64,000 nt of DNA from positions 1 through 64,000 of the forward strand of contig CAWBKP010000017.1 in assembly GCA_963789395.1 (NCBI GenBank). Reading direction: 5' to 3'. Source of the DNA: an uncultured delta proteobacterium (GTDB taxonomy: Bacteria; Desulfobacterota; Desulfobacteria; Desulfobacterales; Desulfatirhabdiaceae). A program made the position numbers and the translations under genes. The notes under the pieces were generated by a model. That model was given only the letters and a program-made list of their open reading frames with translations, did no database searches and was not told the origin of the DNA. This document shows, piece by piece, positions 32,801-43,695 of this stretch. The first letter of the stretch is position 1. Each line of letters starts with the position of its first letter.

Positions 32801-35800
32801 GGGTTCCCAAAAGCTTCAGGATGGAGACGACCTCGTCTTCCCCGCGGGAGCTGGCGGAAATTGCCAGATGCGGGCGATCTTCCAGGATGCGGGAGATCAT
32901 CCGGGTGCAGCTTGAATGCGGCCCCGTTTCCAGAAAAATGCGAATCCCGTCCGCATAAGCCTGCTGAATGGTTGCGGTAAAATCAAACCCCGATACGGCC
33001 TGCCGGGTAATGGAATCGGCTGCGCTTTTCGTATTCAGGGAATACGCACGGTTCAGCGCGCAACTGTAAAAGCGGATATCCGTCGGGTGAACGGTGGGGA
33101 ACCGGTGGAGTGCGCGGTAGGCTTTTTGCACAGGTACGGCCGCATCGCAGTGAACCGCTACAACCCCGTCCAGGTAGACAGCTTCGCATTTCAAGGCCGC
33201 AATCACGCTTTCGACATCCGGCTGGTTGCCGCCGATCACACATTCCTCCGGCGTATTGACGATCAGCAGCCGGGCAAGGGGGAACAGGGGCAATACATGT
33301 TTGACGGCATCCGATGGGCGATTGACTGCCGCAACTTTCCAGGTAAAAGGTGCGGACGGTGCGATTTTCCAGGCGTTTCTGGCAGCATGGCAGGGGCCGG
33401 CCAGATCCGTATGAAACAAGGAACTTTTTGCCAGTCGGGACAGCATCTCCCCGCGATCCGGCCAGGCGCCCAGGGCAAAGAGGCCCGCGGTTTCCCCCAG
33501 GCTGTAACCGATCGCAGCCTGGGGGAAGATTCCAAAGGTTTGAATCAGACGGGTCATGAGGCTGCCGTGAACCACCTGGCCGAATATCGGAATCAGGGGA
33601 TCTGCTGAAATGGCGCCCAAAGCCTCGGCTTCCCATCCGGATACCCAGGATTTTCGAAATGGAACGTAGGCAGCAGGGACCATCTGCGTTTTCAGCGCAA
33701 GGGTTTCTGCATCCATTTGGCGAAGAATCTCGGGCCAGGTTACGGCCAGGGATCTTCCCATGCCCACATAATGATTTCCGGACCCGGGAAAGACAAAGGC
33801 CATGTCCCCCGATGTTCCCGCGGGCCGGGGGGTATAAGCAACGCCGGACCGGCCGCTGATACGCCGGGGGGTTTCGGATGATACGGCTTTACGGGCTTCC
33901 GCAATCAAGGATTTCAGTTGTTCGGGAGTATCCGCGATCAGGCTGACCGCATAAGGGTTTTTTTCAGACAGGGGATGCAGCTGGAACCACGATCTGGCTG
34001 CCTGTTCAAGCGGATGCCCCTGCTGAATATGCCGCTCCAGCAGGTTCATGCCGCTGGTAAGCGAATCCTTGTCTGTGCCTTCAATGATGAACAGCCCACC
34101 GGCAATGCGCCCAAGAGGTCTTCTTCGCTCCAGGTCGGTAGATGCCTTGATTATTTTGGGAGCAGGAGCGTCATGTCCTTCCAGAACCACATGACTGCAA
34201 GGCCCGTTTGCTGTCATGACAGCGCAGCAGGCCTTTCGCGGCCCGTCCTGACGGTTTCTTGTCCAGTAATGGGAAAACCCGGGAAAATGAAACCGGGTGC
34301 TGCGCCACCGGTCGTCGGGTGCCTGGGTATAGCCGGACAGTGGCGGAATGATTTCCTGATACAGGCACAGGCAGGTCTTGATCAAAGATGCCATCCCGGC
34401 TGCGGCGCCCGCATGTCCGATGACGGGTTTGACGGAACCGATGGCAACACAGGACGAATCCTCCTGAAACACGGCATCCAGCGCCGTTGCCTCAAGCCGA
34501 TCTTCAACCGGTTGGCCGCTGCCGTGGGCTTCAAAAAAACTGATCGCAGACGGTGGTATGCCGGCTTCATCCAGACTTTGTCGAAGCGATCTGGAGTAGG
34601 CTGTCGAATCCTTCGCTGATCCTGCACAGGCAGAGCCCATGCCCTTGATGACGCCATATATGCGGTTGCCGTCCGTGATTGCACTATCCAGCCGTTTGAG
34701 CACCACTGCGCCTGCGCCTTCACCCGGAAGGGTACCGTCGGCGGATCTGTCGAACGGGCGGATGTTGCCGGACGGCGAAAAGGGGTGGATGCCGTGAGCG
34801 ATCAGAATGCTGCGCACATCGCCGCTCATGTCCACGGCGCCGACCAGCATGGCGTCTGCTTCGTTTTTTTGAAGCAACCGTGCGGCAATGTCCAAAGCGC
34901 TGAAGCCGGATGCGCTGTTTGCGGAAACCGTAAAACTGGGTGCGCCCATGCCGAATTCCCGCGCGACCCTGCTGGCGACAACGCCGGCAAGCGCCCCAAG
35001 GGTCCGGGAAGCGTTGAGCGCAGGGCCAATATTATCTTTCAGGGTCTTCAGCCAGGCGGCTCTCTGGTCGTCATCAAGGGAAAAGCCGGCCTGCTTCAGC
35101 CAGTCTGCATGCGTGTTGCCAAGGCCCCATCTGACATGGTAATCCGTTGCTTCCATGTCAAAGCCCATGCCGATGATGGCCCCCATGCGGGGCCGAAGCG
35201 CTCGTGACGTATATCCGGCATCGGCCATTGCCCTGTGGGACACTTTCAGCATGAGCAGGTGCTGAATCAGGATATCGGGGATTTCATTGGGCGGAATATG
35301 CAACCGGCTCAGTTCAAGGGAAATCTCTTCAATGTACCCGCCGGGAAGATCCGGAAAATTCAGAAGGGCACCGGCAATCGCATCACAGCCTTTCCAGCGG
35401 CGTTCAGGGCGTTTGCGGATGCCGGTTTTTCCGGACAGGACCGCTTCCTGAAAGTCCCTCAGGGTTTGAAAGCTTCCAAAACAGGCATCCATGCCGACAA
35501 CGGCGATATCCAGTGCCGGATGGCGGATGGCGGATGATGCATGACTGGTTGTTGTTTCCGCTATCCGTCGTCTGTCGTCCGTCGTCGGATTTTGGTCAGG
35601 CCGGGGTGGATCCGGGCGGGTCTGCCGGGCAAAGATGAGAGATTTGGACGATGAAGTATCCGGTGCCCATTCTTCCAGAAGCACGTGGCCGTTGATGCCG
35701 CCAAACCCGAAAGCGCTGATTGCCGCGCGCCGGGGAATGCGGGAATCTCTGCGAGACCAGGGTTCGGCCAGGGACTGCACGCGGAACGGGCTGCCGTGAA

Positions 35801-37019
35801 GCGGGCTGTTCTCGGCAGGCGCGGTAAAATTCAAGGACGGCGGCAGGGTCTGGTGTTTTATGGCCAGCAGGGTTTTGATCATTCCGGCGGCTCCGGCCGC
35901 GGTCAGCAGATGCCCGATCATGGACTTGACGGAACCGATGGGGCATGGTCCGGATTTTGATCCGGCGTTCTCCCACAGCAGTTTCAGGCTTTGCAGTTCC
36001 GTGGCATCCCCGACCGGTGTTCCGGCGCCGTGACATTCGATGATATCCACATCAGACGGGCGCCACCCGGCTGCCTGATAGGCGGCCTGCATGGCCCTGA
36101 CCTGCCCCTCGGTGTCCGGAGCCAGCAGGTTTCCCCGCATGTCATTGGAAAGTCCGATGCCCCGGATGATTCCGAATATGGTATCACCGTCATTCAGCGC
36201 ATCTTCCAGCCGCTTCAGGACGAGAATCCCTGCGCCCTCACCGACCACAAGTCCGTCTGCACGGGCGTCAAACGGTGCGCACCGACCGGATTGCGACAGC
36301 GCCCGCAGCTGGCTGAACCCGACCTGGGTATACAGACAGTCGGGCCGGGACACCCCGCCTGCCAGAACCGCATCGCAGCGATGGTCGCCGAGCATGTCGC
36401 AGGCCAGCTTTACGGCATAAAGGGAGGATGCGCAGGCCGCATCCAGGGTAAACGCCGGGCCGCAAAGTCCCAGTGCCCGGGCCAGAACAGCGGCGGGAAG
36501 GGCCGTAACCTGGCTGGCCAGACAGTGATTTCGGGTCAGAGAAAATAATGGATCCGGGCGTTTCTGAAACAGAGCGTTTTTAAAGGATTCCCCGAGAATA
36601 TTTTGCGCCAGGCCGGATGATGTCTCTGTTGGCAGCGCAATTGCCGCCAGGATGACAGCGATGCGGTCCTTGTCAATGGCTGCGGACTGAAACACGGAAA
36701 AAGCTTTTTTGCCGGCTTCCAGAACCAGGTGAACCATCGGATCGAGAGAACGCAACAGGTCACCAGGCAAGGCAAAACCATCGGGATCAAAATCAAAATC
36801 CCGAATCACGCAGCCGCGCCGGTGAAAGGCCTTATCCGGAGCGGGCAGGGCGGATACCATGTCCGCCGGGCGCGCCACCCACCTGTCTTCCGGAATATCC
36901 CCGCAGGCATCCTGCTTCTCAACGATGTTACGCCAGAACCGGTCCAGGGTGGATGCGCCGGGAAAAATGCCGGCCATTGCCACAACAGCAATAGGGGAAT
37001 AGTTGTTCAATCGGGTCAC
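29879..37019 (-). CDS. pfaBC: PfaB/C-type PUFA synthase subunit (KS-CLF-AT-FabA-like DH domains), about 2380 aa; frameshift near 31500
   Basis: KS DAACASS/HGAGT/GHLL; CLF lacking the catalytic Cys (SANSAS); AT GYSLG; DH CHFMDDPVMPG and AHFYQDPVWPG. Confidence 0.9.
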
Positions 37020-37372
37020 AAATTCATCTTTGAAAATAGGTTAATGATGGCGCTTTATACCCTTTTTCCGGTTTTATTTGCAATACCCGAAGAAAAATGA
37101 TGCATTTTTGATTTACTTTAAACAGCCATTATCTGTGTATTCTGCTTGTTCCCAAGCGCCAGCGTGGAAACAAGCGGAAAGGCAGCAATGCTCATTCTGC
37201 ATTGTTCCCGATAGATACATCACAATACATTTTTTCAAGTTCTTGTGTCATCTCCATGAATTCCTGCCTGAGTGTTTCAGGTGCCAGAATGTGTCGTGTT
37301 CGATTTGAGGTGGTTCTGTTTTAAACGGATATCGTGGATGTTTGCTACGGCATATTGGGGTATTGAGGATTT

Positions 37373-37648
37373 TTATGGCCGAAATAAGTCGGAGTGCGTT
37401 CCTGTACGTTCAAATATAACCCGATTCTCTTCATATTTATAGACCAGGAGCCAATCGGATTCAATGTGGCACTCCTTGCGCCCCTGCCACTTGCCAAGAA
37501 GTTTGTGATCCCGATGGATAAGATCAAGTTTTTCTTCCGCGACCAATGAACGGATGACTATCTTGATCTTTTCAAGATTTTTTCCGCGTTTTCGCATCCG
37601 CTTGATGTCTTTATCAAACTGGCGTGTAAATATTGGCGTGAGCATCAA
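37373..37648 (-). CDS. yafQ: YafQ-family mRNA interferase toxin
   Basis: DHKLLGKWQGRKECHIESDWLLVY...RTGTHSDLF. Confidence 0.93.
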   Translation of the reverse strand: MMLTPIFTRQFDKDIKRMRKRGKNLEKIKIVIRSLVAEEKLDLIHRDHKLLGKWQGRKECHIESDWLLVYKYEENRVIFERTGTHSDLFRP

Positions 37649-37905
37649 ATACCGAGCTTTTTAAACATATCTTCAGCGTCTTCACAAACAATCAGATCAT
37701 GTCCGGCATCCGTGCTTGCAAAAGTCCTGCGGGTCGTCTCATTGGGAATAGCAACTTCAAAGGGTAATCCATCTCGCAACTCGACTTGCTTATAAAACAG
37801 CGTGATAGCTTGGGTTGTTGTCAAACCCAGCCTGCTGAAGACATGTTCTGCCTTGTCCTTGAGTTCGGGTAGTATCCGGGCGCGTATTGTTGATGATTTG
37901 CTCAT
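37645..37905 (-). CDS. dinJ: RelB/DinJ-family antitoxin
   Basis: IRARI...LGLTTTQAITLFYKQV...GLPFEVAIPNETT; ATGA overlap with the toxin. Confidence 0.9.
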   Translation of the reverse strand: MSKSSTIRARILPELKDKAEHVFSRLGLTTTQAITLFYKQVELRDGLPFEVAIPNETTRRTFASTDAGHDLIVCEDAEDMFKKLGI

Positions 37906-37929
37906 AATTTACCTCCATGTGTTATGAAT

Positions 37930-37958
37930 AAAGTAGCTCAAATGGGGTACATTGTCAA
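37930..37958 (-). promoter_or_regulatory. dinJ-yafQ promoter with overlapping palindromic operator
   Basis: TTGACA-17 nt-TACTTT, with the imperfect palindrome GTACCCCATTTGAGCTAC across the spacer and -10. Confidence 0.65.
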
Positions 37959-38201
37959 TACGGATTGATCGGCTTGAAAGCCCACCTCGACCTCCCTTTT
38001 CCAAAGCAGGAAGTTCTCATGATTCTGTTTGGGGGGGATTGCCCGGATGATTTATGACGGGTTGCCGTGAAAATGCTACCGGTTTGCTTTCAAATCGTTA
38101 AATAAATCTGGCAGCCCCGGGAGTTTTCCGATATAGTTTGGCGGAAATTTCGCTGTGGAATCAAATGATAATCCATTGTGTAGGTGGAAAGGCACTTAGA
38201 A

Positions 38202-39432
38202 ATGGCATCGAAAGCGCAACAGCTTATGGAAAAAGGGGTAAGAATTCATAATCCCGATACCGTGGATATTGGAGCGGAAGTTGATTTGAAGCGGATTTCA
38301 GGGGATGGGGTCACCCTCTATCCCGGCTGCCGGATTTATGGCGAGAAAACACTCATTCTTGCCGGTGCGAAACTGGGATACGAGGGGCCGGTTACGGTGG
38401 AGAACTGCTGCATCGGGCCGCGGGTGGAGCTGAAAGGTGGATTTTTCAGAAAGTCGGTTTTCCTGGATGATGTGGTGATGGGGTTTGGCGCCCACGTGAG
38501 AGAAGGGACCATTCTGGAAGAGCAGGCAAGCGGCGCGCATGCGGTTGCGTTGAAGCAGACCATCCTGTTTCCCTTTGTTACGCTCGGCAGCCTGATCAAT
38601 TTCTGCGATTGCCTGATGGCCGGCGGAACCAGCAGGAAGAATCACAGTGAAGTCGGCAGCTCTTACATTCATTTCAATTTCACGCCCAATCAGGACAAGG
38701 CAACGGCATCCTTGCTCGGAGATGTTCCCCGGGGAGTCATGCTGAATCAATCCCCCATTTTTTTAGGGGGCCAGGGAGGACTTGTCGGGCCCTGCCGGCT
38801 TGCATACGGAACCGTGCTTGCCGCCGGCTCCATATGCCGCAAGGACGAGCTGAGGCCCGATCGACTGATTCAGGAAGGAGGCGCCAGAAGCGCCAATGTT
38901 GCCGTTTACCCGCGGGATGCATTTGACCCTGAAACGCATTCTGGTCAACAACATCCATTATATCGCAAATTTAATGGCCCTCAGGCAGTGGTATATCCAT
39001 GTCCGGTCGGCGTTTGTGGGGCAAGACTTTACCAGCGAACTGTTTGAAGGGCTTATGGAAACACTTCAGATGGCGATTCAGGAGCGCATTGCCCGGCTGC
39101 TGGCCTATTGCCGGAGCCTGCCGGTTTGCGGTGCGCCCCAGACCGTCCAGGCGAATCGTCAGTGCGAGATATATCACAACTGCACCCAGCTTGAAAGGCT
39201 CTATCTGATGCAGAATACCTGGCCGGGGAACGACAGCCTGCGGGAGGGTTTTCTGGAGGCCGTCCGTCAGGGAATTCAAGTAAGCGGAAACAGCTATATT
39301 CCCGTGATCCTGGGACTCAGTGAAAAACAGCGCGAATCCGGAACAGCCTGGCTTCAGGGAATTGTCGATCACATCGTTACAGAATCGCTTCAGATTTTTC
39401 CATCCCTGGCATCCGGCGTGGCGGGGGAATAA
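38202..39432 (+). CDS. GlmU-related hexapeptide (LbH) acetyltransferase-domain protein; frameshift near 38910
   Basis: LMEKGVRIHNPDTVDIG, GFGAHVREGTILEE, IHFNFTPNQDKAT; directly upstream of glmM. Confidence 0.75.
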
Positions 39433-39442
39433 GGAATCACAC

Positions 39443-40793
39443 ATGAAAAAATTGTTTGGAACAGACGGCATTCGCGGGGTTGCCAATCGACATCCCATGA
39501 CTCCGGAAATGGCGGTTGCGGTCGGCAGGGCCATTGCCGCCAATTTTAAAACCGGATCCTCTTCCAGGGTTGTCATCGGAAAGGACACCCGGATCTCCGG
39601 CGACATGCTGGAATGCGGGCTGGCTGCAGGCCTTTGTTCGATGGGTGCGGATGTCTGTCTCTGCGGCGTCCTGCCCACCCCGGGGGTTGCCGCCATTGCC
39701 GCCAAGTTGGGGGCATGCGCCGGCATTGTTGTGTCCGCCTCTCACAATCCTTACGCGGATAACGGGATCAAGGTGTTTGACGGAAACGGATTCAAGCTTT
39801 CCGAATCCGTCGAGCAGGTGCTTGAAGAGCGGATTCTAAAGGCATTGCAGCCTGGATCATCTTCACATTCGCCTGCTGTCGGGCGTTGCGACGCCATTAT
39901 GGATGCCCTGGATTATTATGGGGATTTTCTGGTGAACACTGTCCCGGATTTGTCTCTGGACGGGCGTTGCCTGGTTCTGGACTGCTCGCATGGCGCCACG
40001 TTTCAGGCTGCTCCCGAAGTCTTTTCGAGACTGGGCGCCAAGATTATCGTCCTGTCCGATAAGCCGGACGGCGTCAACATCAATGCCGGCTGCGGCTCCC
40101 AGCATCCCGAAGCTCTTGCAAAAGGCGGTTCTGAAACACAAGGCCCATGCCGGGTTTGCCTTTGACGGGGACGGCGACCGGGTGATCGCCGTTGATGAAA
40201 CCGGAAGGGTACTGACCGGAGATCAGGCCCTGGCCGTCTGTGCCGTCCACATGAAACAGGCCGGCAGGCTGGCCGGCAACCGGGTAGTGGCAACCGTCAT
40301 GAGTAACATGGGGCTTAAAATCGCCTTGAAAAAACAGGGAATCCTCCTTTCGCTGGCTCAGGTGGGGGACCGCCACGTCATGGAGATGATGAAATCCGAA
40401 GGTGCAATTCTTGGCGGAGAGGATTCCGGACACACCCTGTTTCTGGATCGGCATACCACCGGCGACGGCATCCTGAGCGCGCTTCAGCTTCTTGAAGCCA
40501 TGCGATCCGCTTCAAAACCGCTTTCAAAACTGGCCGGGATCATGAGCGTCTTCCCGCAGGTTCTGATCAATGTTCCGGTGAGTGAAAAACCCGATATCGA
40601 GACGGTCGCCGGAATCCGGGATGCCGTCTGTCAGGTGGAAACCCGCCTGGGAGAAGAAGGAAGGGTGCTGGTCCGGTATTCGGGGACCCAGCCGCTGTGC
40701 CGCGTCATGGTGGAGGGGCCGTCCAAAAAAGAAACCCGGGCTTTTGCCGAAGAAATCGCAGCAAAAGTCCGGGTCGCCATTGGAAAGGCATGA
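39443..40793 (+). CDS. glmM: Phosphoglucosamine mutase; frameshift near 40120
   Basis: LFGTDGIRG, GKDTRISG, SASHNP, DGDGDR, GGEDSGH, RYSGTQP. Confidence 0.95.
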
Positions 40794-40801
40794 TGCAGAC
40801 C

Positions 40802-40832
40802 GGCTGAAGGCATACGGTTTCAGCCTTCAGCC
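40802..40832. terminator. Hairpin between convergent glmM and yccA (REP-like or terminator)
   Basis: GGCTGAAGGC-11 nt-GCCTTCAGCC. Confidence 0.5.
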
Positions 40833-40839
40833 TGAACGG

Positions 40840-41547
40840 TTATCTTCTGTCGCCCAGTATCCTCAGGAGCATTAAAAACAGGTTGATAAAATCCAGATAC
40901 AGGGTGAGCGCGCCGAGTATGGTGCCTTTTCGGACAACGCCTGCATCCAGACCGGCCGGCTGGGACAGCGCCATCATTTTCAGCTTCTGGGTATCGTAGG
41001 CGGTGAGTCCCACAAAAACGATAACGCCGATATAGCTGATGATCATGCTCATTCCAGAGCTTTGAATGAACATGTTGACTACCGATGCAATGACGATGCC
41101 GATCAGTCCCATGGTCATAAAGCCGCCCATGGAGGTCAGATCCCGCTTGGTGATCATGCCATAGACACTGCATGCGCCGAATGTGGCGGCGCAGATGAAA
41201 AAGACGGATGCAACCGATGACGATGTGTAGATCAGAAACACAAACGACAATGTCAGTCCGTTTAATGCCGAATAGAGCAAGAACATGGCGGTGGCTGTCG
41301 ATGCCTGGATCTTCTGGATTCTGGCACTCAGGTAAAATACCAGCGCCAGCTCGCCGATGATCAGACCGAAAAACAGAATCTGATTCGAAAAAATCAGCCG
41401 GATCAGGGATTCGCTGCTGGCGACATAAATTGCCACCAGGCCCGTAAGTGCCAGACCGGCCGCCATCCAGTTGTAAACGCTGCGAATAAACTGATTGACC
41501 TGAACCTGTGCCTGAGCCTGTGTTGTTCCAAATGGTAAGGTCTGCAT
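40840..41547 (-). CDS. Bax inhibitor-1/YccA family membrane protein
   Basis: About 7 TM helices; VYNWM, GLTAYDTQKLK, GALTLYLDFINLF. Confidence 0.93.
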   Translation of the reverse strand: MQTLPFGTTQAQAQVQVNQFIRSVYNWMAAGLALTGLVAIYVASSESLIRLIFSNQILFFGLIIGELALVFYLSARIQKIQASTATAMFLLYSALNGLTLSFVFLIYTSSSVASVFFICAATFGACSVYGMITKRDLTSMGGFMTMGLIGIVIASVVNMFIQSSGMSMIISYIGVIVFVGLTAYDTQKLKMMALSQPAGLDAGVVRKGTILGALTLYLDFINLFLMLLRILGDRR

Positions 41548-41826
41548 GAAACACCTCCTGAATTATATGGTTATTTAATATTAAATGATAACACAATCCG
41601 TGAATTTTTCAAGAGCATTTCTCAATCATTCTCATAGTATACCCAATACATTCGATTTTATTTAAAACCAATCAATGCGTTCGGGTGTGTCTATGGCTTT
41701 GATGCATACTTTCCGCCCCCTCTTGCCGTTGCCGTCAGTGACATGGCAGAACCCTGCTATGCCATGCAATGCGTTTTCTGATGACGCTGAAGCTATGATC
41801 GGCCTGACGAATGACATCCTGGCGCA

Positions 41827-42253
41827 CTATGATTTGATAAAACGCCGGTAGATAAAATAGCCCAGCCCGCCCAGAATCAAAAGCTCAAATATGCCGATGC
41901 CGCCGCTGCTGCCGCCGCCGCTGCCGGCATGTCCAGTTCCTCCAAAGAGCATATTTCCGATCATTCCCCCCACGAGGCCGCCGCCGACGCCGCGGAGAAA
42001 ACTGCTGCCGCCACTGCCGGACGACGGCGAAGACCGAGAAAAAAGATCCGCTGCCCGAAGGACTGGCAGGATTTGCAAGGGATTTTGACGGACTGCTGCC
42101 AAACCCGCCGATAGAAGTGCCGGAGCCGCCAAAAGATCTGCCGCCGCTTCTGGAGCGGGCATCTGCAAGGTCGGAAAATCCCAGTACGACACATACGGCA
42201 AAAAGTGAAATCAGAAGAGTGATTCGCGTTACGGACGATGTTTCATTCAACAT
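41827..42253 (-). pseudogene. N-terminal part of a Tim44-domain protein (truncated, frameshifted)
   Basis: ADARSRSGGRSFGG and SFLRGVGGGLVGGMIGNMLFGG...GIGIFELLILGGLGYFIYRRF, then a stop; no Tim44 domain follows. Confidence 0.65.
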
Positions 42254-42352
42254 AAGATGTCTCCAATACGAATAAATATGGCGTTCAATAAAAAGATGAA
42301 TTCAGCAGGTCAGCGGATGGTTCCACAAGATACAGGATACGTGGAAATAAAA

Positions 42353-42655
42353 TCAGGACATGTTTTGCGGGGGAACGAAAATGGAGATGAAAACTTTAGG
42401 TGGCACAAAGAGCGGGGATGTTTCACGCAGCCTGGTTGACGGAAACGTATGGGTTATCCGGTTTGCAAACAGGGTATGTTCTGCACAACTACAAGCGGAG
42501 TCACACTCATCCGTGCCGTGCTTATCCGGACATTCTGAGGTAAAATAATCAAAAACGTCTGAAGATACGTCAATAGGCGAGTCGACCGGATGTGCAAAAC
42601 ATGCAGCCGGAAGGAGGATGTAGACGAATATAATGAAGATGGAAATCGATTTCAT
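42353..42655 (-). CDS. Small exported Cys/His-rich protein with a C-terminal Pro-Pro motif (DUF2946-like leader candidate)
   Basis: Signal-like N-terminus; ECPDKHGTDECDSACSCAEH; C-terminal PPKVFISIFVPPQN. Confidence 0.55.
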   Translation of the reverse strand: MKSISIFIIFVYILLPAACFAHPVDSPIDVSSDVFDYFTSECPDKHGTDECDSACSCAEHTLFANRITHTFPSTRLRETSPLFVPPKVFISIFVPPQNMS

Positions 42656-42696
42656 GACAATTTGATTTTGGTCTGATTGGCGACGTTTTTATGAAT

Positions 42697-43398
42697 CTAA
42701 TCGATATCCGGCAGTTTGTCAATCGGCGTTCCATGCCCGGTCTGTTCTTGAATGCGGATGTGATGGTATACATGCACCATCCAGACAACAGCAAGAATCG
42801 GTACAAAAAGATTCAGAAAAGGGATAATCGCCATCAACGTGATTGCAAAACCGCCGCCGTACACGGCTTTTTTGTGCTGAAGACCCAGTGCTCTGGCACT
42901 GGCTTTCCCCAGGTGATATCCTGCCGCACTCTCGAAAAACTCCCGGCCGAGAAGATAACTGTTCAGCAGGATGGATACTGCAAGTCCGATGCCAAAAAAA
43001 TAGAGCGGCAGTACGAGAATATTCAGGCTCAGTGCCCAGCCGGTGAACTTCAGATCGTGCCAGATTTCGTGCCAAAACTTCGGAACCACGCTTCGGACGG
43101 TATCCGGATAATACTGACGTTCCACGCGCTGAATTGCGGTTTCCTGAAACAGACTGGAAATCAGCACGGTAAATACCGGCAGCATGAACCAGCCGCCGAT
43201 GCCGGTGAGAATACCGACGCTCCAGTTGAGCAGCGTATCAAGCCATCCGCGCTCGATGGTTACGAAGCGGCCGGTTATCCAGGTAATACTTCCGACGGCG
43301 CCGAGAACAACGATCACCGCCAGCAGAGCGCACACGAGCATCAAACCGAAAAGATGCGCCTTTTTCAGAGAAGTAAACGTCTTAACCAGTGGGTACAT
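42697..43398 (-). CDS. EI24/CysZ-family membrane protein
   Basis: SSLFQETAIQRVERQYYP, LNSYLLGREFFESAA, IPFLNLFVP. Confidence 0.8.
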   Translation of the reverse strand: MYPLVKTFTSLKKAHLFGLMLVCALLAVIVVLGAVGSITWITGRFVTIERGWLDTLLNWSVGILTGIGGWFMLPVFTVLISSLFQETAIQRVERQYYPDTVRSVVPKFWHEIWHDLKFTGWALSLNILVLPLYFFGIGLAVSILLNSYLLGREFFESAAGYHLGKASARALGLQHKKAVYGGGFAITLMAIIPFLNLFVPILAVVWMVHVYHHIRIQEQTGHGTPIDKLPDID

Positions 43399-43695
43399 CC
43401 ATTCTAACCTCGTTGCTTTTACTGAGATGTCATCTATTTCTTAAAAAATACCTTGATTGCAGACGGATTGTCAAACTGAATGCGTCGATTCGGCAATTTT
43501 CGGTGCAGACCATGACAGTTGCAGGCAATGTTTCAGAAATGATGAACGTCATTCTTTTGCATGACCTGGCTTTACCGATGCTGTCTTTTGTGGTAATGAC
43601 AATTTAGCATAAAAGCAGCATGGCTGTCCGTTAAAAAGAACCGTTCCCTGGCCTGATTCTCAGGGCATTGATAGAAATGATAAGAGGCTATTTAT

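Noticed and set aside
41760..41827. GTGCGCC right at the Tim44-like stop, resembling a group II intron 5' end
   Set aside because: No downstream ribozyme motifs or domain V, and too little space.
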